NCBI GenBank assembly: GCA_017513085.1
Contig: JAFWDK010000017.1
Location: forward strand, 1-56,809
DNA length: 56,809 nt
Direction: 5' to 3'
Source: Clostridiales bacterium
GTDB lineage: Bacteria; Bacillota; Clostridia; Saccharofermentanales; Saccharofermentanaceae
Position 1 is the stretch's first letter; each line of letters opens with the position of its first letter. The notes beneath the pieces are model-generated. The model saw only the letters and a list, made by a program, of their open reading frames with translations. It was not told the origin of the DNA and searched no databases. The translations under genes and the position numbers were made by a program. Below are positions 48,792 through 56,809 of the stretch, in pieces.

Positions 48792-50081
48792 TTAAGTCGT
48801 CTCTGCCGTGTCAATTCTGCTTTTTTCAAGGTATTCTTTATGAAGTCTCTCCGGAAATTCCAGTAGATCTGCCATTCTGTGCTCAAGGAGAGTTTCATTT
48901 TCAAAGTCATACCGGAGCAGATGGATCTCCAATTCATATTCATCCTTTTCGTTAAGTATCCATGTGCGTTCGGAAAGCCAGAGTTCCCCATCTATATAGA
49001 TCACCGCATGTGATTTCTCCGGATCATCTTCTTCCTGAAAAACATCAGCTGCCCGGTTGATCGTAGCACATCTGGTACGCATTTTTTCCATCTCTTTTTC
49101 TTTGACACTTGCAATCTCACTATGAATATAGTTTCCGGAAAAGCTCCGCTCCTGAGTATACGCCAGTGTCTGGTTATAAAGAAGATAACAGAATATAGGA
49201 TCCTTCTGCCAGTCATTTCCGATCTTCTTCTGATACATATCCACCAGTACATCCTCGAAAGAATAGGACACCGGTTCAGCATCCCAAAAATCGTAAGTGT
49301 AGGCATCAAAATCTTTCATGATTTTCACGATTTTCGCATTATCGTAGTCCAGTTCCTGCAAAAGGGAGACGAACATCCGGGAAGTGTTCCGGTCAAAGAG
49401 CATATCTTCCACCACATCACTTCCATATATATATTCCATCGTCGTCAGAAAATTGCATGCAGAGTAATAGGAATCGTATGACTTGGACAATGTCTTGGCT
49501 ACGTAAAGATCTGCCATACCTTCTTCGGCAAAATAACTGTTGACTAGCGGATCATCTCCATTGTACAAGGAATCTTCGACAACCGAGAAATCCCGGCCGT
49601 TATATGCCAATCTCTGTTCCGTCCCGTCGATATACCGATCTACAAAGTGCATCATCTCGTGATAAAGAATGAAGCAATTGTCAAACTCATCCCATTGATA
49701 ATATTTGTTGGAAAACAGGACCTTCTCACTGCTGCTATCATATTGTCCCCCGAATTCGATATCTCCGATCTCAAATTGAAGCTGACCCAACTTATCCAGA
49801 AAAAGAGCCTTGTTCTCATCTTGTATATGCTCCGCCACCTCCGGGAAGAGCCGGATAATAAACTCGCTTAGATCGCCGAGTTTTTTATTTTTCTCAACAC
49901 GATCCGTATATTCGAGGAAAAAAGAGTATTGTCCATGCAGTTCGTCTTGTGATATACCCAACTGCCCGGCTTTGGCAATCGCATCTTTCCGGGCCGTCGA
50001 TGCACAGCCGGACGGAAGAGCCATAGTCAACAGTATCGCTCCGTTCAGAAGTGCGTATGGAATCTTTCTTAAACTTTTCAC
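48792..50081 (-). CDS. Putative zinc metallopeptidase lipoprotein
   Basis: Lipobox PSGC; HEMMH plus downstream EEGMAD gluzincin-type ligand. Confidence 0.75.
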   Translation of the reverse strand: MKSLRKIPYALLNGAILLTMALPSGCASTARKDAIAKAGQLGISQDELHGQYSFFLEYTDRVEKNKKLGDLSEFIIRLFPEVAEHIQDENKALFLDKLGQLQFEIGDIEFGGQYDSSSEKVLFSNKYYQWDEFDNCFILYHEMMHFVDRYIDGTEQRLAYNGRDFSVVEDSLYNGDDPLVNSYFAEEGMADLYVAKTLSKSYDSYYSACNFLTTMEYIYGSDVVEDMLFDRNTSRMFVSLLQELDYDNAKIVKIMKDFDAYTYDFWDAEPVSYSFEDVLVDMYQKKIGNDWQKDPIFCYLLYNQTLAYTQERSFSGNYIHSEIASVKEKEMEKMRTRCATINRAADVFQEEDDPEKSHAVIYIDGELWLSERTWILNEKDEYELEIHLLRYDFENETLLEHRMADLLEFPERLHKEYLEKSRIDTAETT

Positions 50082-50105
50082 TACCTTGTTGTCCTTTATG
50101 TGTCT

Positions 50106-50687
50106 CTATCGCAAAAGCTCTTCTGTGGCTATCTTCTTTTCCCAGTCAAAAGAGACTTCAACGCCGGACATACAGGCTATGGAGGCGAGTCCGTGTGCAG
50201 ATGACCACAGTTTCAGGATATCCACCTCCTGCTCTTCCTTTGTCCTCGAGATCTTATTCTCGGCTAAATACTTCTGATAAGTCTCCTTGAGAAGCACGAA
50301 CGGCGGATAGTCTTCCTCGTAGTCTTTGCCCGGCTGGATATGCGCGACGATATTCTGACCGCTGAAAAGAAACTTGAAGTAGTCCGGCCGACGCACAAAA
50401 AAAGCCACATAGTTTCTTCCCATATCGACCAGTGCTTTTTCCGCCGAAGACGCTTCACTGACAGCCTTTTCCAATTCTGTCATGAACTGGCCGGTAACAT
50501 GTGCCTTGATCGCTTCGACCAGTTCTTCCTTGTCCTTAAAATGCGAATAAGGAGCGGCATGGGACACTTCACACAGCGCAGCTACCTTTCGTAGTGAAAG
50601 GTTCTCTTCGCCGCTCTCGTTGATGATCTTCACCCCGGCATCGATCAATGCCTGTCGTAGATTGCCATGGTGGTAGTGGTCACTCAT
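50106..50687 (-). CDS. TetR family regulator (WHG-like C-terminus)
   Basis: YHHGNLRQALI, LSLRKVAALCEVSHAAPYSHF, WSSAHGLA. Confidence 0.9.
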   Translation of the reverse strand: MSDHYHHGNLRQALIDAGVKIINESGEENLSLRKVAALCEVSHAAPYSHFKDKEELVEAIKAHVTGQFMTELEKAVSEASSAEKALVDMGRNYVAFFVRRPDYFKFLFSGQNIVAHIQPGKDYEEDYPPFVLLKETYQKYLAENKISRTKEEQEVDILKLWSSAHGLASIACMSGVEVSFDWEKKIATEELLR

Positions 50688-51768
50688 CTGATGTCTTCTC
50701 CTTTATCGTTCTAAGTATATCACACGTCTCCTTCGGATTTTCCCAGAGTGGACTGTGCGCGGCATTCGGGATCAGATAAAACTCTTTCGCAGGGGCTCGA
50801 AGGATCGAACAGTATTCCTGTACCAGCTCCCAAGGACAGTTATAGTCATATTGACCGCTGATGAAATATGCCGGTATCGAGAGCTCCGGAATCTCGACCC
50901 GGTAATCAAAGTTCTCCGTCTCTTCGGAAAACGGCGCATGCTGATACATTTTCAGACCACGAATATAGTTGATCTTCTCCCGAACTGTGTAGCACTTCGC
51001 AAAAATGATAGGAAGAACGATCCCCTCAAATTCCGTCTTGTTCCATATCGTTCCTCCGCCTGCATCGTGGACCAGATCCACATAGTCTATCCATGCCGCG
51101 GTGCACTTTACTTTGCCGTCAGGCAGGTGTTCCACCATGCCTTCAAGTTTTTTCAGATCAGCATTATCGTTTCTGGACGTAAAGACATCCTTCATGAATC
51201 CATACATCAAAGTGTCCCGATCCGGTGAATCGGTCACCGTCTGTGCCATATCGATCAGTGCGGCATAATCTTCCGGATACTGTTTCGCCGCACGAAGCGC
51301 AATATGTGTTCCTCCCGAAAAGCCCATAAGATAGATCTTCTTTTTTCCAAACCTTTCCTTCAGATACTGCGTTACGGTGTGGGTATCTTTCAGAAGGTTT
51401 TCCATCGTGATGCTATCCGTATCGATACTGCTGTCATAGGCAATGCCCATGCCCCGATAATCCCAGTACACCACAGTAAAATCTTCTTCCAGACACATGT
51501 CCTTATACTTGTCCGTATAGACATAATCATCAGAACCGGGACCGCTCGATACAAGGAGCAGGACAGGATTATCTGTATTGGTACTGTTAATGAAGAAGCC
51601 GCTCGGCGCCCCGTTGACCTCCATGACGAATTTCTCCGACAGACTCTTCTCCCCGTCGTATTTCCGTATCGTTCCCGGGCTCAAAATAACCCAGATGATA
51701 TATAGCAACGCGACTATGCCCAGGAGGATCCCTAATATGATCAACATCTTTTTTCCTGCCTTTTTCAT
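50680..51768 (-). CDS. Alpha/beta hydrolase (proline iminopeptidase-like), membrane anchored
   Basis: SGPG, WDYRGMG, GFSGG nucleophile, D in GQYD, AHSP. Confidence 0.88.
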   Translation of the reverse strand: MKKAGKKMLIILGILLGIVALLYIIWVILSPGTIRKYDGEKSLSEKFVMEVNGAPSGFFINSTNTDNPVLLLVSSGPGSDDYVYTDKYKDMCLEEDFTVVYWDYRGMGIAYDSSIDTDSITMENLLKDTHTVTQYLKERFGKKKIYLMGFSGGTHIALRAAKQYPEDYAALIDMAQTVTDSPDRDTLMYGFMKDVFTSRNDNADLKKLEGMVEHLPDGKVKCTAAWIDYVDLVHDAGGGTIWNKTEFEGIVLPIIFAKCYTVREKINYIRGLKMYQHAPFSEETENFDYRVEIPELSIPAYFISGQYDYNCPWELVQEYCSILRAPAKEFYLIPNAAHSPLWENPKETCDILRTIKEKTSDE

Positions 51769-51780
51769 CGTTATTGTCTC

Positions 51781-51832
51781 CAATCTTTACACTGTAAAGT
51801 TATTATAGCATCAATCTTTACACTGTCAAGTT
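51781..51832 (-). promoter_or_regulatory. Sigma-A promoter with two palindromic operators (probable TetR sites)
   Basis: caatctttacactgt(a/c)aagtt at 51781 and 51812; TTGACA 51829-51824, TATAAT 51807-51802. Confidence 0.75.
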
Positions 51833-51914
51833 TCGAGCGCATCGAGAAAGAGTCAGAATAATCGATGCAAAACACCCTTTGTAAACGTCATGCATCGCTT
51901 TTTCAGATGCCCTC

Positions 51915-51960
51915 TTGACATCCTTAGACTATCGGAGTAGTACGGACTATAGAAATAGTC
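51915..51960 (+). promoter_or_regulatory. Promoter with two BlaI-type operators
   Basis: TTGACA 51915; ACTATcggagTAGT (51928-51941) and GACTATagaaATAGTC (51945-51960). Confidence 0.7.
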
Positions 51961-51974
51961 TGGAGGTTCCGATT

Positions 51975-52331
51975 ATGAACGAGAAACTGTTTGACAGTGA
52001 AGCAAAGGTCATGGAGATCTTGTGGGAAAGAGGTCCTCTTTCCGCAAAAGAAATCAGTCTGATTGCTGCCGACTCCATCGGTTGGAATAAAAACACGACA
52101 TATACTGTGATCAAGAAACTGGAGGCCAAAGGATTCATCCGACGGGATGAGCCGGGGTTCATCTGTACACCTCTGGTATCGCAGAATGAAGTACAGAAGA
52201 ATGAAGCAGAATCCCTGTTGAAGAAGTTCTTCGGCGGTTCTCGAAAAGCACTTTTCTCCGCGCTTCTGGAAGACGAGAAACTTACTGACCGTGAAATTGA
52301 AGAACTGAGAGATCTGATCGACAAAAGGTGA
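51975..52331 (+). CDS. BlaI/MecI/CopY family repressor
   Basis: SEAKVMEILW, WNKNTTYTVIKKLEAKG, FFGGS. Confidence 0.9.
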   Translation: MNEKLFDSEAKVMEILWERGPLSAKEISLIAADSIGWNKNTTYTVIKKLEAKGFIRRDEPGFICTPLVSQNEVQKNEAESLLKKFFGGSRKALFSALLEDEKLTDREIEELRDLIDKR

Positions 52332-53251
52332 TCACAATGTTGGGAGAAGTTTTTTACTGGATCTTCAATATGAGTATCGTTGCCTCTGTTATGGGTCTGA
52401 TCGTGCTTGCCATTCGGAAAGCGCGGTTCATTCCACACAGAGTGTCGGTGTTCCTATGGATCATCCCGTTCTTCCGCATGTGCATTCCCTTCGGACTGAA
52501 CAGCCGCTATAGTCTGATGACTTTGATCTCTAAATTCACGACACGTACGGTTCCCGTTTATACGCCTGCTGAAAGTCTTGAATTGTCATACATAAATACT
52601 TTGATGGCCGCGGATAGTTATTCTCCCATTACTTATAAGTCCATACTCATCGAAAAAGTCTTCTCGATCGCCTCCCTGATCTGGATGATCGTGGCGCTGG
52701 CTCTGATCCTGACTCTTCTGATCCTCTATTTCACCACGACGCGCACACTCCGGGATGCCAGGCTTCTGGAAGGGAATATATATTTTTCGGATAAGATAGA
52801 AGGCCCTGCCGTTTATGGAATTATCCGGCCTCGGATCCTTCTTCCGGCGCAAATGCCGGAAAAAGACAGAAAATATGTTATTCTCCACGAGCAGACTCAT
52901 ATCCGCAGAAAGGACAATCTTTGGAGATTGCTCGCTTTTCTGATTGCCGCAGTACACTGGTACAATCCTCTTTCCTGGATCTTTCTGAAAGCTTTTCTTT
53001 CTGATCTGGAACTGGCTTGCGACGAAGCTGCAACCGCCGAATACGACATCAAAGATCGGAAAGAATATGCACGTGCACTTCTCAACTGTACGCCCAGAAA
53101 GAATGTCTTCGTTGCGTCTTTCGGAGGCGCGAAGGTTCGACTGAGGATCGAAAACGTGTTATCCCGGAAACCGATGACACTTTTTTCCACTATAGGCTTT
53201 ACAGCGCTGGTAATAGCAATTATATATGTCCTGCTTACCAATGCAGGATGA
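52328..53251 (+). CDS. BlaR1/M56 peptidase family protein without a penicillin-binding sensor
   Basis: HEQTHIRRKD, HWYNPL, ELACD. Confidence 0.9.
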   Translation: MITMLGEVFYWIFNMSIVASVMGLIVLAIRKARFIPHRVSVFLWIIPFFRMCIPFGLNSRYSLMTLISKFTTRTVPVYTPAESLELSYINTLMAADSYSPITYKSILIEKVFSIASLIWMIVALALILTLLILYFTTTRTLRDARLLEGNIYFSDKIEGPAVYGIIRPRILLPAQMPEKDRKYVILHEQTHIRRKDNLWRLLAFLIAAVHWYNPLSWIFLKAFLSDLELACDEAATAEYDIKDRKEYARALLNCTPRKNVFVASFGGAKVRLRIENVLSRKPMTLFSTIGFTALVIAIIYVLLTNAG

Positions 53252-53267
53252 TGAAAGGAGAAAGATT

Positions 53268-53921
53268 ATGAAAAAGATCATCACTATATTACTGGTGGCT
53301 CTGTCCATCACAATGTCCGCTGCATGTACGAATAAAAGCGAGGAAAGCAAAATGACCCAGTCTTCTCTTTCGGTCTTTCAAGTCCAAGCAGATGAATCAC
53401 TTTTCCAGAAGGTATGCTCTGCTGATGAGGCTCTGGCAGAGGCAAAAAAATCTAACACCGTTGTTTTCGAAACACACGGGTGTTCTTCGGGAAAGAAAGT
53501 CTGGAAACAATTCTATGATGCCGTTACTGCCGGAACTCCTGCGTCCGTGCTCTGTGCAGATTATTATGTGCTGGATCGAGCACATGTGAGCAACGAATTG
53601 TACGAACAAGAGAAAGATGACTATCCTGTGTTATATTTCAGCTTGATCGAATATAACGGCAAGGAGTTCACCATATCGACCCGGAACAGTACATCTTCTG
53701 AAATCGAATCGAAGAAAACTTATAAGTATCTCCTTCACATGACCGGTCAGGCTCCGGAATTATCCATGATCAAAGAATACGATCGATACGTTCTGGCAAA
53801 CGATCATACCTTAACATGGGAGAAAATCGAGCATTCACTTTTCAGTTCACAATCGCAGGATTGGATCGACTTTAATGACGTCTACCATGACTTCGACAAC
53901 TTTTACGGTGACGATGTCTGA
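53268..53921 (+). CDS. Lipoprotein co-transcribed with the BlaI/BlaR1 pair
   Basis: RBS AAAGGAG; SAAC lipobox. Confidence 0.8.
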   Translation: MKKIITILLVALSITMSAACTNKSEESKMTQSSLSVFQVQADESLFQKVCSADEALAEAKKSNTVVFETHGCSSGKKVWKQFYDAVTAGTPASVLCADYYVLDRAHVSNELYEQEKDDYPVLYFSLIEYNGKEFTISTRNSTSSEIESKKTYKYLLHMTGQAPELSMIKEYDRYVLANDHTLTWEKIEHSLFSSQSQDWIDFNDVYHDFDNFYGDDV

Positions 53922-53955
53922 TGCGAATGCAACATGCAAGATCGAATATCTGTAT

Positions 53956-54426
53956 CTAGCACTCACGCATTAAGGCAAAAGCACTTCGTATTATCCTCTC
54001 ATTCAATGGATTGAGGTTTTCAGGAAGATCTTTCTCGGAGAAAAAACTTTGCTCCAGTACTTCCTCTTCCTGTATCTTCAATACACCATGATATTTCCGG
54101 CAGATGTACACGATCCCTGCCACATAGATCTCATCTCCGTTAGGGTAGATATAGTGCGTTTGTGTTCCGGATTCATCTGTGAAGAATTCAAGTTCTTCGC
54201 AGATGAGTCCGGATTCTTCCTGTGCTTCTCTTCGAGCGCACTCTTCGAAACTCTCTCCAAGTTCCATCGATCCCCCGGGATATCCCCAGAAACTGTTGTC
54301 TGCGCGTTTCTGTAGAAGGATCTCGTTTTTTTCGTTGATAAAAATGACGCATGCACTGGCCATGATCAGTGGTCGGTGGCCCAGTTCTTTCCGAATATCC
54401 AGAATATATCCCATTGTATAACTCAC
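53956..54426 (-). CDS. NUDIX hydrolase
   Basis: PGGSMELGESFEECARREAQEESG. Confidence 0.9.
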   Translation of the reverse strand: MSYTMGYILDIRKELGHRPLIMASACVIFINEKNEILLQKRADNSFWGYPGGSMELGESFEECARREAQEESGLICEELEFFTDESGTQTHYIYPNGDEIYVAGIVYICRKYHGVLKIQEEEVLEQSFFSEKDLPENLNPLNERIIRSAFALMREC

Positions 54427-54668
54427 CTCTCGTTTCTAAGGACTTGTTTGTATTTTACAATCGCACTATAAAGCATGCCCCAAGGGGAGAGTCAATAGCT
54501 CTTTCTTTGCATTGGATCGGCGCAGAAGAGAAGATTCCTTCGTGATGTATACCTGTCGTATCTTTTCTTTTTCCGCATGGATTTGTTATCATTATGGCGT
54601 GGCGGGAACAGGTTCATGAAGCGGAAACAATTTGCATAACCGCTTCTGAAAACAAGGAGGTATGATCC

Positions 54669-55484
54669 ATGAAAGTTGGAATCATCGGCTTTGGAAGCAT
54701 GGGTAGGATGATGGCAGAGAAGTTCGCCGCGTCCGGACTTCTCGACAAGGACTCGCTTCTTCTATCCAGCCGTTCCCCGGAGAAACTTCGCGATGCGAAG
54801 AAATGGGCCACGGTCTTCCACAACAACGCGGAACTCGCATCATCTGCAGACATTGTCTTTCTGTGTCTCCGGCCTTTCGATCTGAAAGGCGTTCTGGAAG
54901 AGATCCGCGATTCTATCAAAGAAGATGCCCTTGTGGTATCCCTAAACGGTAGTGTCTCGTTTATAAATCTACAAAAGAGCTTGCCTCGTGCGTGCAGGAT
55001 CGCCAAAGTGATCCCGAGCGTAACGGCCGAAGTGGACCGCTCGCAAACTCTGGTTTGTTATAACGAACTGGTTTCCACTGAAGATAAAGGTAATCTCAAG
55101 CGTCTTCTCGTCTGCATGGGAAACGTGATCGAACTTCCCGAAAAGGAACTGGGAATGGGTTCCGAACTTGTCAGCTGTATGCCGGGATTTATCGCTTCGA
55201 TCTTCGACGTGATCGTAAAGGCCTCGGAAGAACATACAACCATTCCGCATGACCAGATCGTACACATGGTCCTTCAGACCATGATTGCCACCGGTGAACT
55301 CATGTTGGAAAAAGACATGTCATTCGAAGACGTTGTCACCCGAGTAGCCACTCCAGGCGGTATTACGGAAGAGGGAACGAAAGTCGTCTACGAGAACTTT
55401 CCGGAAACGGCGCGAGTGCTTTTCGAGAAGACATTGGAGAAAAGAAAACTAACTGCGCAAAAAGCGGAGTCGCAATTTGATTAA
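54669..55484 (+). CDS. Pyrroline-5-carboxylate reductase (ProC/ComER) family protein
   Basis: GIIGFGSMG Rossmann motif; VATPGGITEEG. Confidence 0.85.
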   Translation: MKVGIIGFGSMGRMMAEKFAASGLLDKDSLLLSSRSPEKLRDAKKWATVFHNNAELASSADIVFLCLRPFDLKGVLEEIRDSIKEDALVVSLNGSVSFINLQKSLPRACRIAKVIPSVTAEVDRSQTLVCYNELVSTEDKGNLKRLLVCMGNVIELPEKELGMGSELVSCMPGFIASIFDVIVKASEEHTTIPHDQIVHMVLQTMIATGELMLEKDMSFEDVVTRVATPGGITEEGTKVVYENFPETARVLFEKTLEKRKLTAQKAESQFD

Positions 55485-55506
55485 TCTGATTCTTTGAGGT
55501 GTCATA

Positions 55507-56187
55507 ATGATAAAGGCTGTAGTGTTCGATATGTTTGAAACCTTGATCACACTGTTTACGGAGCACACTTACTTCGGTGAAGATGCTGCATCCGATGCAG
55601 GCGTTGACCCGGTCTTATACCGGAAAGTCTGGCATGAGAATGAGACGGATCGTACGACAGGAAAGATCACGATTGAAGAAGGGATCGCCGAAACACTCCG
55701 GAAACTGGGTGTGTATTCGGATGAACTGTTGGAGACCATCGTCGGCAAGCGCCTCTTCGCTCTGCAAGAAACCTTCGATCAGATACCGGACGATTCGATG
55801 GCACTTCTCGAAGGATTGAAAAGCAGAGGCATCAAGATCGGTCTGATCACGAATACTTTCTCCGATGAACGCAGCCTGATCCGGAATTCAAAACTCATCC
55901 CGTATTTCGATGCGGTCCGTATCTCCTACGAAGAAGGTATTCTGAAGCCGGATCCTCGGCTGTATTTATCGATCATGGAAGAGCTCGGCGTGAAGCCGGA
56001 AGAGTGCCTCTACGTCGGTGACGGTGGTTCACGCGAATTGTATGCCGCGCGCGATGTCGGCATGAAACCTCTTCAAGCATCCTGGTTTCGGGAACGTGCT
56101 TTCGAACCGCACATTCCCTGCCCGGCACTGTCGGAATTCCCGCAGGTCATGCATCAGCTGGATGTTCTGGATCACCTTAAACTATAA
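55507..56187 (+). CDS. HAD family hydrolase
   Basis: FDMFETL, ITN, KPDP, YVGDGG. Confidence 0.88.
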   Translation: MIKAVVFDMFETLITLFTEHTYFGEDAASDAGVDPVLYRKVWHENETDRTTGKITIEEGIAETLRKLGVYSDELLETIVGKRLFALQETFDQIPDDSMALLEGLKSRGIKIGLITNTFSDERSLIRNSKLIPYFDAVRISYEEGILKPDPRLYLSIMEELGVKPEECLYVGDGGSRELYAARDVGMKPLQASWFRERAFEPHIPCPALSEFPQVMHQLDVLDHLKL

Positions 56188-56307
56188 ATCGGATAAGATT
56201 GAAGAAAGTGGCAATCGTTGTCCGATCAACAATCCTCAGCAGCGCGTCAATTATATGGGAAATTGCTCAAATCGTGAGGTCACCCGACAAGTTCGGATTG
56301 GGGCCGG

Positions 56308-56362
56308 TGGTGAGCGGGTGGCGAGCGGTTGGTGAGCGGGTGGCGAGCTTGTGGTGAGCTGC
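56308..56362 (+). repeat. Five tandem 11-bp units TGG(T/C)GAGCnnn
   Basis: tggtgagcggg/tggcgagcggt/tggtgagcggg/tggcgagcttg/tggtgagctgc. Confidence 0.85.
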
Positions 56363-56809
56363 GGTTAGCTATTGCTAACCGCCGGTTTTACTGGTAAAAT
56401 CTCCAAAAACGGTAGTTTTACCAGTAATTCGAGAGCGGTTAGTTATGACTAACTGCATGGTTTACTGGTAAAATCTTCAAAATCGATGTTTTCACCAGTA
56501 AATTCCTGCCCTTTTCCGACCCATTTACTGGTAAAATCCTTCAAAATGCAAATTCTACCAGTAAATGTCAAAAAAATAATTCAAAGTCGTCGATAAATTA
56601 CTGGTAAAATCACTGAAATCGAGGATTTTACCAGTAAATGCCCTAGTTAGTTTAAACTAACTACCATATTTACGGGCAGATTCGACGATTTGCTCCATTT
56701 AGCCCGTAAAATTTGCCGTTTTTTGAATTCTTTTCTTGACATTTACGGGCTAAATCAACGTTTTCTTCATTTCAGCCCGTAATTCCCTCCGAAAAGCACT
56801 GGATTTTAC
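56361..56809. repeat. Phased array of 40-bp palindromes with interleaved GTTAG-N6-CTAAC palindromes
   Basis: TTAC-N32-GTAA units start at 56388, 56462, 56525, 56598, 56670, 56743 and probably 56806; array is cut by the window edge. Confidence 0.9.

Noticed and set aside
56361-56809. CRISPR array or integron attC array
   Set aside because: The units are degenerate palindromes with variable interiors, not identical repeats. No cas or integrase gene is in view, there are no cassette ORFs, and GTTAG/CTAAC are in the opposite order to attC cores.

Overview
This 56.8-kb window is an accessory-gene region from a Clostridia-type (Firmicutes) chromosome. The taxon is inferred from protein families, Gram-positive RBS/promoter patterns and lipoboxes. 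It has about 50 short, mostly unlinked genes in mixed orientation, and I found no integrase, transposase, RT, cas, tRNA or rRNA gene. About 16 genes encode predicted lipoproteins, including four ~800-aa orphan solute-binding-like paralogs ending in VQERG and a second paralog pair. The rest are small regulator modules (ECF/anti-sigma, a membrane-anchored ECF fusion, TetR, AraC, BlaI/BlaR1, XRE) and detox-type enzymes (NUDIX, GNAT, flavodoxins, HAD). Four non-coding signals stand out. (1) A helically phased array of exactly 40-bp TTAC-N32-GTAA palindromes with compensatory arm changes and a second interleaved palindrome runs off the right edge. (2) A conserved promoter plus double-hairpin leader sits in front of four lipoprotein genes and is tandemly duplicated in one copy. 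(3) Three dispersed copies of a sequence reading (G/A)xIEW(E/D)-stop resemble the 3' end of guaA and look like att scars of repeated island integration. (4) Several gene scars remain, including a deleted HipA-like kinase and a nonsense-broken macrodomain gene. All family calls come from motif recognition, not database searches. Start codons were adjusted to RBS-supported positions where stated.
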